Positions 1 through 8,499 of a stretch of DNA of 64,000 bases are shown here, one piece after another (the stretch's first letter is position 1; each line of letters starts with the position of its first letter). The notes below the pieces were generated by a model. That model did not search any database and was not told the DNA's origin. It saw nothing but the letters and a program-made list of their open reading frames with translations. Source of the stretch: Anaerolineales bacterium (lineage in GTDB: Bacteria > Chloroflexota > Anaerolineae > Anaerolineales > UBA11579). Position numbers and translations under genes: made by a program. The stretch covers positions 20,927 to 84,926 of the forward strand of contig DATDRZ010000085.1 in the NCBI GenBank assembly GCA_035291465.1. Direction: 5' to 3'.

Positions 1-892
1 TGCGATAGAAGAGACCGAGGTCATGGCGTTTCTCCTTCGCCCAATCACTAAAGCGCGTTGATGCCAGCGCCGGCTCGCCGATGTAGAGTCGCTCTTCCAT
101 CAAGCCTTGCAGCTCCTCGCTGGTCAAGGTTAAGTCGCGCAATAGCAAACCGACTAACTTAGCCATGAGCAATGTGAGCCATGGTGGCGTGTGCAGGATT
201 ATTGCGCGGCTGCCAATAATCTGTTTGAGCAAATTTATTAGTTCCGCGTACGTATAAATCTCGGGTCCGGCGGCAGGCAGGATCTCATTGCGCGTAGTGC
301 CCGCGGCCTTTGCCGCCATGGCTGCCAAGTCCTCGACGAAGATGGGTTGCACGCGATACCTGCCATCGCTGGCGATCACAAAGATGGGAAAATGGCGCAG
401 CAGCCAGGCGATGTTGTGTATCAGCACCTCTTTTTTGCCGAAAATCAATGTGGGTTGTAGGATCGCCCAAGACATCTTCGAAGCCTTGACGATTTCCTCC
501 ACTTGGGCTTTGCCGCGATAGTAGGGCAGGTCCGAATTGAGATCCGGATTGCTGACACTGATATGAATGATACGCTTTACTCCTGCACGCTCAGCCGCGG
601 CAATCAGCGTCTGGCTGTTTTCCACCGCCTGTTCGAACGACGACCCCGGATAATTGAATCGCACCCAATAGGTGTTCACGACCGTGTGTGCGCCGCGTAG
701 ATTCGCTTCCAGTTGCTCCGGCCGCGAAAAATCCAGCGAAGAAGCCTTGACACGCGCCTGCAACTGATGCGGGCGACCGGGGTCGCGGGTCAGCGTAATG
801 ACATCCCACCCGCGTTCCAGCAGCGCGCGGGCAATATACGACCCCGTGTAGCTGAAGGCGCCGGTGACCGCGGCAGTCCGCTTAAGTACCAT
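1..892 (-). CDS. NAD(P)-binding NmrA/atypical-SDR-like protein; C-terminus lies beyond the window edge
   Basis: Hand translation of the minus strand from ATG at 892-890 stays open to position 1 (~297 codons): MVLKRTAAVTGAFSYTGSYIARALLERGWDVITLTR... It has a glycine-rich Rossmann-type N-terminus. It is missing from the ORF track only because it has no in-window stop. Confidence 0.6.
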   Translation of the reverse strand, partial: MVLKRTAAVTGAFSYTGSYIARALLERGWDVITLTRDPGRPHQLQARVKASSLDFSRPEQLEANLRGAHTVVNTYWVRFNYPGSSFEQAVENSQTLIAAAERAGVKRIIHISVSNPDLNSDLPYYRGKAQVEEIVKASKMSWAILQPTLIFGKKEVLIHNIAWLLRHFPIFVIASDGRYRVQPIFVEDLAAMAAKAAGTTRNEILPAAGPEIYTYAELINLLKQIIGSRAIILHTPPWLTLLMAKLVGLLLRDLTLTSEELQGLMEERLYIGEPALASTRFSDWAKEKRHDLGLFYR

Positions 893-917
893 CTTCTCAA
901 AAATCAAACATCATTTA

Positions 918-941
918 CCACGGAGACACGGAAACACAGAG
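918..941. repeat. 24-nt dispersed motif CCACGGAGACACGGAAACACAGAG
   Basis: Near-identical (23/24) to 25567-25590. It is intergenic, between the SDR-like gene start and the upstream gene end. Confidence 0.6.
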
Positions 942-951
942 GTTTTTATTT

Positions 952-1869
952 TCACGGATAAAAGCGCAAGATCGCCGGCGCCACATCCGCCAAATCTTTC
1001 AGATACTTGCAGAATTTTTCGCGCAGTCCCTTTGCCCCGATCACCAGGGCCGGCACCGGGTTCAGCGTGTGGTGCCGAGTGCTCAGGTCTTCCATGTTGC
1101 CATGGTCCGATGTGATCAGAATCAACCCCTTGTCGTCATCCCACGCCGCCAGAAGCCCGCCGAAAACCGCATCGAAACTTTCCATAAGACGCACCGCGCC
1201 TTTCATATCCTGGTGGTGCCCCACAAAATCACTGACCCAGAAATCGAAGAACGCCAGGTCGTACTTCGCCGTCACCGCGGCCAGCCTGCGGCCTGCGGCG
1301 GGCGCCTCCATCAATGGCGAGTCCTTGTAGCCCAACTGCTCGCGCCATCCTTGGCCCGTGAAATCCACCGAGAACCCTTCACCCCTTGTCAGATCTTCCG
1401 CCGTTTTCAAAGCGATCCCCGCACTAGTCACTGCCAGCGGGATCGCAGAATACAGCCGGTGCCCGCTGGAGATGCCGTCGAAGTAGCGCTGCGGGTAAGC
1501 GTTCAGCAAACACGCCCTGTAACCGCGCTGCGTCAATTGAATAAAGAGATTATCTTGCCTCACTATCTCGGCAACCGCTTTGTTGGGTTTCGGCCCGTAA
1601 TGTTCGCCGACCAGCTGCGGCACATTCTTCCCGGTCACCAGCGCCGCCTGCCCGGTGGCTGACTGCGGCAGGCCGTCGACGCCCATCGAAGCGTCCAATT
1701 CCAGCAGGGTGGCGCGCTCAGTTTCCAGGGGCGCCCAGCCTTTCACCATGCGCTTGTCCCCCAGGAGCGCCTGCATGTTCGGCATGTGAACTGTAGCGAA
1801 CGGGTTCGTTTCCGAGTTTTCATCGCTAAGGCCAATGCCATCCATGAATAGGAAGAGGAAGCGCATCAA
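952..1869 (-). CDS. Alkaline-phosphatase-superfamily metalloenzyme (cofactor-independent phosphoglycerate mutase / phosphopentomutase-like)
   Basis: 305-aa ORF. The N-terminal FLFMDGIGL and C-terminal ILITSDHGNMED motifs are typical of the metal-binding core of this superfamily. Confidence 0.6.
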   Translation of the reverse strand: MMRFLFLFMDGIGLSDENSETNPFATVHMPNMQALLGDKRMVKGWAPLETERATLLELDASMGVDGLPQSATGQAALVTGKNVPQLVGEHYGPKPNKAVAEIVRQDNLFIQLTQRGYRACLLNAYPQRYFDGISSGHRLYSAIPLAVTSAGIALKTAEDLTRGEGFSVDFTGQGWREQLGYKDSPLMEAPAAGRRLAAVTAKYDLAFFDFWVSDFVGHHQDMKGAVRLMESFDAVFGGLLAAWDDDKGLILITSDHGNMEDLSTRHHTLNPVPALVIGAKGLREKFCKYLKDLADVAPAILRFYP

Positions 1870-2007
1870 AGCATTTTACTTGAGTGACAGTTGCCCCTGA
1901 CACCTGCCCTTTGACAAGCCCTTCCTCTTCCCTTAGAATCCTCGCTCTTCCCTTCGACTATCTTTTCGATTAACCAATTAGCTGATCAATAGATTGAGGT
2001 TATTTAC

Positions 2008-4080
2008 ATGCAAGAGTACACCACTGAACAGATCCGCAACATCGCTATGGTCTCGCACAGCGGCGCAGGCAAGACGATGCTGGGTGAGGCCTTTTTGTTT
2101 TATACCAAGGCCATCAATCGTATGGGCTCGGTCAGCGAAGGCAGTGCCGTTGGGGACTTCGAGGCTGAAGAGCAGCGCCGCGGCCTTTCCCTCTCCACGG
2201 CGGTCCTGCCCATTGAATACCAGAAGCACAAGATCAACCTGCTCGACACCCCAGGCGCGCCCGACTTCGTTGGCGAGGCTATTTCGGCGCTCAGCGTCAG
2301 CGACGCCGCGCTGGTGGTTGTGGATTCCGTTGCCGGCGTCCAGGTCGGCACCGAGTTGGCCTGGACCTATTGCGACAAGTTCAAGTTGCCGCGTTTTGTG
2401 CTGGTCAACCGCATGCACCGCGAATCGGCAAACTTCTACCAGGCCAAGGATTCCGTTGCCCATCTCACCGACAAGCGTCTCATCCCAGTGCAACTTCCAT
2501 GGGGCGAAGGTATGGGCTTTAAGGGCCTGGTCGATCTGATGGCGATGAAGGCTTTCCCGGTAGGTGGAGGTGAAGCGGTGGACATTCCCGCCGAGATGGC
2601 GGACGCGGCCAAGACGGCGCGCATGCAACTGGTGGAAGCAGCCGCCGAAGGCTCCGACAAGTTGCTGGAGAAATACCTGGAAACCGGCGAGCTGACCGCC
2701 GATGAGATCATGCAAGGACTGCAAGGAGTCGTGCGCAACGGCATCTTCGTGCCCGTGTTCCTCGCCGACGCAAGTGACCAGGTCGGAATTACGCAATTGT
2801 TGGATGCATTCCTGACACTGATGCCGTCACCTGCTCAGGCCATCCCTGTGAAAGCGAAGGGCAAGGGAGGGGAGGAAGAATTGAAAGCCAGCGACGCGGG
2901 TCCGCTGGCCGTGTATGTTTGGAAGACCACTGCCGATCCCTATGTAGGCAAGATCACCTACGGACGCGTCTACTCAGGCGTGTTTACCTCTGATAGCCGC
3001 GTGTGGAATCGGAACAAAGAGATCGAGGAGCGCATCGGCAACCTGGCAGTGATCCGTGGCAAAGAGCAGATGGCAGTGAAATCTGTGCATGCAGGCGATA
3101 TTTTCGCGGTTCCCAAGCTGAGCGACACGGGCACCGGCGACACCTTGTGCGACAAGGGACATCCGCTCACGCTGCCCGCGCCTGAATTCCCCAATGCGCT
3201 GTACCGCGTGGCGGTGACTCCTAAGACCCAGGCGGATGCTGCCAAGATGGGCACCACGCTCTCGCGCCTGGCCGAAGAAGATATGACACTTTCCTGGCAT
3301 AACGAAGCTGCCACGCGGCAAACTATCCTTCAAGGGATGGGCGACCAGCATATCGACGTTGCCATCCGCAAAGCTCACGATAAGTTCCAGGTGGGACTGG
3401 AAACCCATCAACCGGATGTGCCTTATTTAGAGACCATTACCAAGACCGGCGAATCGATGTACCGCCACAAAAAGCAGAGCGGCGGCTCGGGTCAATTTGC
3501 TGAGGTGCACATGCGCGTGGAGCCCCTGGCCAGCGAAGAATTCGAATTTGCCAGCGAAGTCTTCGGCGGCGCCATCTCCACCAATTATTTCCCGGCTATT
3601 GAAAAAGGTGTGCGCTCTGTGCTGACCGACGGCGCGGTGGCCGGATACCCAGTGCAAAAAGTGAAAGCGATTGTCACGGATGGCAAAGAGCACCCGGTGG
3701 ATTCCAAGCCAGTGGCATTCGAAATCGCCGGGCGTCAAGCATTCAAGTTGGCGATCAAAGAGGCGGGTCCGGTACTCCTGGAGCCGATCATGAATGTGCG
3801 TATCACTGTGCCCGAGACCCACATGGGCGATGTGATGGGTGACTTGAATTCAAGACGAGCTCGTGTGCAAGGTATGGAACAGGAGATGGGACGCTCAGTG
3901 ATCAGCGCCCAGGTACCCATGGCAGAAATGCTGCGCTACACCACGGAATTACGCTCCATCACCGGCGGCCGCGGCGTCTTTACCATGGAGCACTCGCACT
4001 ACGAGCAGGTGCCCCCGCATATCGCCGAAGGCGTGATCGCCTCCCGCGCCAAGAAGAACGGTGCTGAGGAAGAAGAGTAA
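2008..4080 (+). CDS. Elongation factor G-like translational GTPase paralog with degenerate G3/G4 motifs
   Basis: 690 aa with EF-G five-domain length and architecture. P-loop SHSGAGKT and DTPG are present. The catalytic His position reads Ala (DTPGAPDF) and NKxD reads NRMH. Confidence 0.8.
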   Translation: MQEYTTEQIRNIAMVSHSGAGKTMLGEAFLFYTKAINRMGSVSEGSAVGDFEAEEQRRGLSLSTAVLPIEYQKHKINLLDTPGAPDFVGEAISALSVSDAALVVVDSVAGVQVGTELAWTYCDKFKLPRFVLVNRMHRESANFYQAKDSVAHLTDKRLIPVQLPWGEGMGFKGLVDLMAMKAFPVGGGEAVDIPAEMADAAKTARMQLVEAAAEGSDKLLEKYLETGELTADEIMQGLQGVVRNGIFVPVFLADASDQVGITQLLDAFLTLMPSPAQAIPVKAKGKGGEEELKASDAGPLAVYVWKTTADPYVGKITYGRVYSGVFTSDSRVWNRNKEIEERIGNLAVIRGKEQMAVKSVHAGDIFAVPKLSDTGTGDTLCDKGHPLTLPAPEFPNALYRVAVTPKTQADAAKMGTTLSRLAEEDMTLSWHNEAATRQTILQGMGDQHIDVAIRKAHDKFQVGLETHQPDVPYLETITKTGESMYRHKKQSGGSGQFAEVHMRVEPLASEEFEFASEVFGGAISTNYFPAIEKGVRSVLTDGAVAGYPVQKVKAIVTDGKEHPVDSKPVAFEIAGRQAFKLAIKEAGPVLLEPIMNVRITVPETHMGDVMGDLNSRRARVQGMEQEMGRSVISAQVPMAEMLRYTTELRSITGGRGVFTMEHSHYEQVPPHIAEGVIASRAKKNGAEEEE

Positions 4081-4136
4081 ACAGTAGACAGAAGGCAGAA
4101 GACGGTAGACAGAGGAAGAGACAGAAGACCGATAAA

Positions 4137-4163
4137 AGCCGATCGCCTAGGCGATCGGCTTTG
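4137..4163 (+). terminator. Stem-loop downstream of the EF-G-like gene
   Basis: Perfect 24-nt palindrome AGCCGATCGCCTAGGCGATCGGCT at 4137-4160, followed by TT. It is preceded by a purine-rich imperfect repeat tract at 4083-4131. Confidence 0.5.
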
Positions 4164-4333
4164 CAATTACCTTGTACCTCATTGCGAATACGATGACCCT
4201 GTCAAGGCCAAAGGCTGGACAGGGCGATCGTTCTGAATGAAGGCCGTATTGGAGCGCATTGGAGAAAGAATCACGTTAATCAATGGACTCGAGTAGTACG
4301 GTGGAGTCTGTTTAACTTAGTAGTAAATTGCCA

Positions 4334-4359
4334 CGCCTCGCTCGCAGTGACGGAAAGGG
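4334..4359. repeat. Repeat family R1-related core
   Basis: CGCCTCGCTCGCAGTGACGGAAAGGG shares the CCTCGC...G(A/C)CGGAAAG core. Confidence 0.35.
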
Positions 4360-4416
4360 CCAAACTCCCTTCCCCTTTCTAAAGGGAAAGGTTGGGGATG
4401 GGATTGAATGATTGAA

Positions 4417-5550
4417 TCAACCAATCACACGTAACTCGCGAGGGGAGCTGCTTAGCGTGCGGGCGCCATCTTCGGTGATGACAACGTTGTCCTCGATACG
4501 CACGCCACCACGGCCAACTAGATAGATGCCGGGCTCTACGGTGAAGGTCATTCCTGGCTCCAGCGGCATGCTATTACCTGCGCGCATATAGGGTTCCTCG
4601 TGCGGCTCAAGGCCCAATCCGTGGCCCGTGCGATGGGTAAAGTATTCGCCGTACCCCGAATCTTCAATGACGTCGCGGGCGCCTTCGTCAACGGCGGAGC
4701 AAGGGGCGCCGGGTTTGGCAGCATCGCGTCCTGCCTGGTTGGCGAGTTTCACAATTTCGTAGATGCGCTTAAGCTCCTCGTCGATTTCGCCGACGGCGAA
4801 GGTGCGTGTGAGATCTGAGAAGTAGCCGCCCACATTGGCGCCCCAATCGAATAGCAGCAGATCGCCTTTTTGCACTTTGCGATCGCTGACTGTGGCATGC
4901 GGGTTGGCGCTGTTGGCGCCGGCGGCAATGATGGGCAGGAAAGGCAGCTCAGGGTCGCAGCCGCGGGTGTAGAGATTCTGGATCAGTATGCCGGAGATCT
5001 CGCGCTCGGTCATGCCGATCTTGACCTTCGTGACCGTGGCTTCCAGAGCAGCTTCGGCGATTTCGACAGCCTTCTGCATGGCGTCGATCTCGGCCTCGTC
5101 CTTGTGCATACGAAGCTGAGCGATGAGCGGCTCGGCCTGTTCGAACTTCGCGCCCGGTAATGCGCCTTCTAAGTAGCGCAGCTCCATCACCCGCATGCGC
5201 AATCCTTCCACGCCGATGCGCTTTGGCGGTGCAATCAGTTCAGCCGCCGCTCGGCTGAAGCTTTCCTGCCAGAGAGCAGGATCCTCTCCGTAAGTAACAA
5301 CGGTCAAATCTTTGATGCCTTCTGTTTTGCCTTTTTCGAATTCAGGTAACACAATGATCGGAAATTGATTTGGCATCAGGAACACAACAACCGGGCGCTC
5401 CATGAGATGGAAATGCAGGTCGGTGAAATAGGTCTGCATTGGCCCTGCATTCAAGGCAACGGCGTCCAAGCCCTGTTGTGGGAGCAAGGAGTTGAGTTTC
5501 TCTCGCCGGCTGGCAAAAACGCTCGCGTCAGTTGTCATTGTTCTCTCCAA
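4417..5550 (-). CDS. M24 family Xaa-Pro peptidase
   Basis: 377 aa with a creatinase-like N-domain plus pita-bread C-domain. Metal-ligand contexts are present (FDWGANVGGYFSD, HRTGHGLGLEPHE, VEPGIY, RIED). Confidence 0.8.
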   Translation of the reverse strand: MERTMTTDASVFASRREKLNSLLPQQGLDAVALNAGPMQTYFTDLHFHLMERPVVVFLMPNQFPIIVLPEFEKGKTEGIKDLTVVTYGEDPALWQESFSRAAAELIAPPKRIGVEGLRMRVMELRYLEGALPGAKFEQAEPLIAQLRMHKDEAEIDAMQKAVEIAEAALEATVTKVKIGMTEREISGILIQNLYTRGCDPELPFLPIIAAGANSANPHATVSDRKVQKGDLLLFDWGANVGGYFSDLTRTFAVGEIDEELKRIYEIVKLANQAGRDAAKPGAPCSAVDEGARDVIEDSGYGEYFTHRTGHGLGLEPHEEPYMRAGNSMPLEPGMTFTVEPGIYLVGRGGVRIEDNVVITEDGARTLSSSPRELRVIG

Positions 5551-5645
5551 ATCAAATCGTCTTTGCGAGGGTGCACATTCGCTTCGCTCAGTGTAAACTC
5601 CGCACCCGAAGCAATCTCCAAGATTATATAGGGGATTGCTTCATC

Positions 5646-5683
5646 AGCCTTGCTTCGCAAGGCTTCCTCGCAAAGACGATAAG
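5646..5683. repeat. Repeat family R1-related copy between cysW and the M24 peptidase gene
   Basis: Hairpin AGCCTTGC-TTC-GCAAGGCT, then TCCTCGCAAAGACGATAAG. Confidence 0.45.
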
Positions 5684-6517
5684 TCAGTGCTGGCTGCGTC
5701 GACGTACAAAGTCGGCGAGGGAGACGATGAAGACGGAGCCGAGGCCGAGGAGGATAGCCGCCGTGTAGGCTTCGACGTATTGGCGTTCTTCGAGTGCGTG
5801 GAAGATATAAAGCGTAGTGGTGGCGGTACGGCCTTGTACGCCGCCGCCGATCACCAACACGGCGCCGAATTCACCCATGGCGCGCGCCATGGTGAGAGCG
5901 ATGCCGTAGAACAGCGCCGTGCGCAGCCCGGGAAAGATCACCCGCCAAAACGTGGTCCAGTGTGAGGCGCCCAGCGTGCTGGCGGCCAGCTCTTGCGAGC
6001 TGTCGAGGTTTTGGATCACAGGGATCATTTCCCGGATCATGAAGGGCAAGGAGACGAAGAGTGTGGCCAGGAAAATTCCGGGTACCGCAAAGGCGACCTG
6101 CCAATCAAAAATCTGCAGTAACGGATTCAAGATGCCGTTGCGCCCGAATATCAACAGCAGTATGTAACCCACGACGACCGGAGAAATGGCAAAGGGGATA
6201 TCTATGATGCCGTTGTAAAGGGATTTGCCGTGGAAACTGTGGCGCACGATCACCCAGGCAGTGATCGTGCCCAGAATGCCCTGAATCGCAATCACGCCAA
6301 TCGCAATCTCAAAGGAGAGGGTGAAAGCCTGCCAAAGCTCGGGAGCGGCGAGTGCATTGGTGAAACCCGGTAGCCCTTTTTGCAGCGCCGCGCCGATTAG
6401 CGCAGTGATGGGTGCCAGAACCAGGAAGGTCACATAGGCAATCACAACCAGAATCAAAACGCGCGGTCCCCGGCCGGCTTCTTTTTTGCGAAGCGCATCG
6501 ATCTTGTGGACGGCCAT
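5684..6517 (-). CDS. cysW: Sulfate ABC transporter permease CysW
   Basis: 277-aa polytopic permease with the EAA-type loop (ARAMGEFGAVLVIGG). It overlaps the upstream permease gene by 1 nt and is last in the sbp-cysT-cysW order. Confidence 0.8.
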   Translation of the reverse strand: MAVHKIDALRKKEAGRGPRVLILVVIAYVTFLVLAPITALIGAALQKGLPGFTNALAAPELWQAFTLSFEIAIGVIAIQGILGTITAWVIVRHSFHGKSLYNGIIDIPFAISPVVVGYILLLIFGRNGILNPLLQIFDWQVAFAVPGIFLATLFVSLPFMIREMIPVIQNLDSSQELAASTLGASHWTTFWRVIFPGLRTALFYGIALTMARAMGEFGAVLVIGGGVQGRTATTTLYIFHALEERQYVEAYTAAILLGLGSVFIVSLADFVRRRSQH

Positions 6518-7368
6518 CAGCTTTCTGGCCTTCGAGCCAACACACGATTAGTAACCAGGATCACCGCCAGGGAAATTGCGATCAGCACCACCGAGATGGC
6601 GCTGGCCGCCAGCCGGTTCTCTGATTCCACCGCGCCCAACACGTAAACAGCCGCGGTTTGTGACTTGAACGGGATGTTCCCTGCCACGATGACCACGGCG
6701 CCAAATTCGCCCACGGCGCGGGCAAAGCCGAGCAGCGAGCCACTCAACGTGGGCAGCGCCAGCGCCGGGAAAATCACCCGGCGGAAGATGGTCCAGCCGC
6801 GCGCACCGAGGGTAGCCGCGGCGTGCTCTTGCGCCTGATCCAGTTCCAGCAGCACTGGTTGGATGGTGCGTACAACGAACGGAAATGTAATGAACAATAA
6901 AGCCAGCACAATACCTGGCGGCGCAAAGATGATTTCAAAGCCGAGCCCTTCCTTCAAGAAGGCACCCAGTGTTTGCTGAGGGCCGTAAAGGATCACCAGC
7001 ATCACGCCGGTCACCAGGGTGGGGATGGCTAACGGTAAATCGATGATTGCATTGAAGATTCTTTTTCCAGGGAATTCATAGCGCACCAGCACGAATGCAG
7101 TCATCAGGCCCATCAAGGCATTGATTGCCGTCATTAACGCTGAAGTCCACAGCGTGAGAATGATGGCGCTGGCTGCGATGGGCGCGGTCACTTGGTGCCA
7201 GAATTCGTCGAAGCCCTCGCGAAACGCATCTTGCACGATGACGAGCATGGGAATGACGATCAGCACGGCGATAAAAGTGAAGCTGAGGACACGCAGCCCC
7301 ATTTCGGGGCTGCGTGTTTTCTTGGTCTTTAGGCGCGGACCTAACTTTTCCATGAGCCTCTTTATCAT
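6517..7368 (-). CDS. cysT: Sulfate ABC transporter permease CysT
   Basis: 283-aa permease paralogous to the downstream CysW, with loop ARAVGEFGAVVIVAGN. Confidence 0.8.
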   Translation of the reverse strand: MIKRLMEKLGPRLKTKKTRSPEMGLRVLSFTFIAVLIVIPMLVIVQDAFREGFDEFWHQVTAPIAASAIILTLWTSALMTAINALMGLMTAFVLVRYEFPGKRIFNAIIDLPLAIPTLVTGVMLVILYGPQQTLGAFLKEGLGFEIIFAPPGIVLALLFITFPFVVRTIQPVLLELDQAQEHAAATLGARGWTIFRRVIFPALALPTLSGSLLGFARAVGEFGAVVIVAGNIPFKSQTAAVYVLGAVESENRLAASAISVVLIAISLAVILVTNRVLARRPES

Positions 7369-7370
7369 GG

Positions 7371-7436
7371 GGAGGAGCTTGCTTCGTCGGACGCAAGCGC
7401 CCTCCTCGCAACTGCGGAAAGCATAGCTTTCCTTGA
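7371..7436. repeat. Intergenic repeat family R1, copy between sbp and cysT
   Basis: GGAGGAGCTTGCTTCGTCGG...CCTCCTCGCAACTGCGGAAAGCATAGCTTTCCTTGA. Its reverse complement matches 21670-21734 over the outer ~34 nt (1 mismatch and a 2-nt indel) and the terminal 12 nt. It contains the hairpin GGAAAGC-ATA-GCTTTCC. Confidence 0.7.
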
Positions 7437-8480
7437 CTACTGTCCTTGCACTTCCTGGATGGCTGAATTGAACACTCCGGTCTCGCCGAAGATCTTTTCG
7501 CGTGCCTTTGGCCAGCCACCGAAATACTCGATGGTGAAAAGATCGGCCACTGGCGGATATTGATCGCCTCTTGAAGCCGCCACATCCGGGTCCACAGAGC
7601 GTAGCCCGTATTTGGCGAAGATCTGCTGGGCTTCAGGTGTGAAGAGAAATTCCACGAACGCTTCTGCGACTAACCGGGTGCCATGTTCGTCGACATACTC
7701 ATCAACCACGGCTACCGGGTTTTCAATAAGGATCGTGGAAGAGGGGATGACCAATTCGTAATCTGAACCGGCCTGCTGGCCTACCAAGGCCTCGTTTTCA
7801 TAGGTGATCGCAACATCACCTACCCCCGCCTCATAGTTGGTGATGCTGTCGCGGGCGCTGTCATCCATCACGATGACATTTGCCAGCACGGATTTCAAGA
7901 ACTCCTTGGCAGCGCCCGGATCGCCGCCAGGTACACCACTGATCTGGCCGCGCAATGCCGCTCCGTAGAGTGCCAGCACGTTCCACATGGCGCCGCCGCT
8001 GGTGGCCGGGTTCGGCGTCAATACTTCGACGCCTTCCGCGGCAAGATCCTCCCAATCGTCAATAACTAGCGGGTTGCCAGCGCGGACGGCAAAGGCCACC
8101 ACTGAGGTGCTCACCATTCCGCTAGCGCCCACAACTTTCCAGTCGTGGGTGATGAGCCCTGCGTCCACGATGCGAGTCACGTCGGCCTCCAGGGAAAGAG
8201 CCACCACATCGGCTTCAAAGCCCTCGACCACGGCACGAGATTGTGCGCCCGAGCCCTGGTAGGATTCCTCGAAGGTGACCGTTTGCCCATGCTCTGCCTG
8301 CCACATGGCCTGGAATAGCGGGATAATTTCTCCGTAGGCTTCGCGCGGGGTGGTGTAGGCGGCCAGGATGAGGTGGACCCCTCCGGCGCCGCTCTCGTCT
8401 GCGGGCGGGTTGCCGGCGCACCCCGCCAGGGTGAGAACCAACAATATTACGAATAAGACTTTGCCGGAAAGCTGTTTCAT
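7437..8480 (-). CDS. sbp: Sulfate/thiosulfate-binding lipoprotein (Sbp/CysP family)
   Basis: 347 aa with lipoprotein signal LTLAGC. Sbp-like segments are present (SYQGSGAQSRAV, VAFAVRAGNP, LTPNPATSGGAMWN). Confidence 0.8.
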   Translation of the reverse strand: MKQLSGKVLFVILLVLTLAGCAGNPPADESGAGGVHLILAAYTTPREAYGEIIPLFQAMWQAEHGQTVTFEESYQGSGAQSRAVVEGFEADVVALSLEADVTRIVDAGLITHDWKVVGASGMVSTSVVAFAVRAGNPLVIDDWEDLAAEGVEVLTPNPATSGGAMWNVLALYGAALRGQISGVPGGDPGAAKEFLKSVLANVIVMDDSARDSITNYEAGVGDVAITYENEALVGQQAGSDYELVIPSSTILIENPVAVVDEYVDEHGTRLVAEAFVEFLFTPEAQQIFAKYGLRSVDPDVAASRGDQYPPVADLFTIEYFGGWPKAREKIFGETGVFNSAIQEVQGQ

Positions 8481-8499
8481 TCAAACTCCTTGGGTCAGA

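Noticed and set aside
1978-2796. 272-aa minus-strand ORF
   Set aside because: It is antisense to the EF-G-like gene and has no motif. It is a shadow ORF.
4083-4131. Purine-rich imperfect repeats (TAGACAGA / CAGAAGAC units) as a possible regulatory RNA
   Set aside because: The tract is short and low-complexity, lies immediately after a stop codon and before a terminator-like palindrome, and matches no structure or motif that I recognise.
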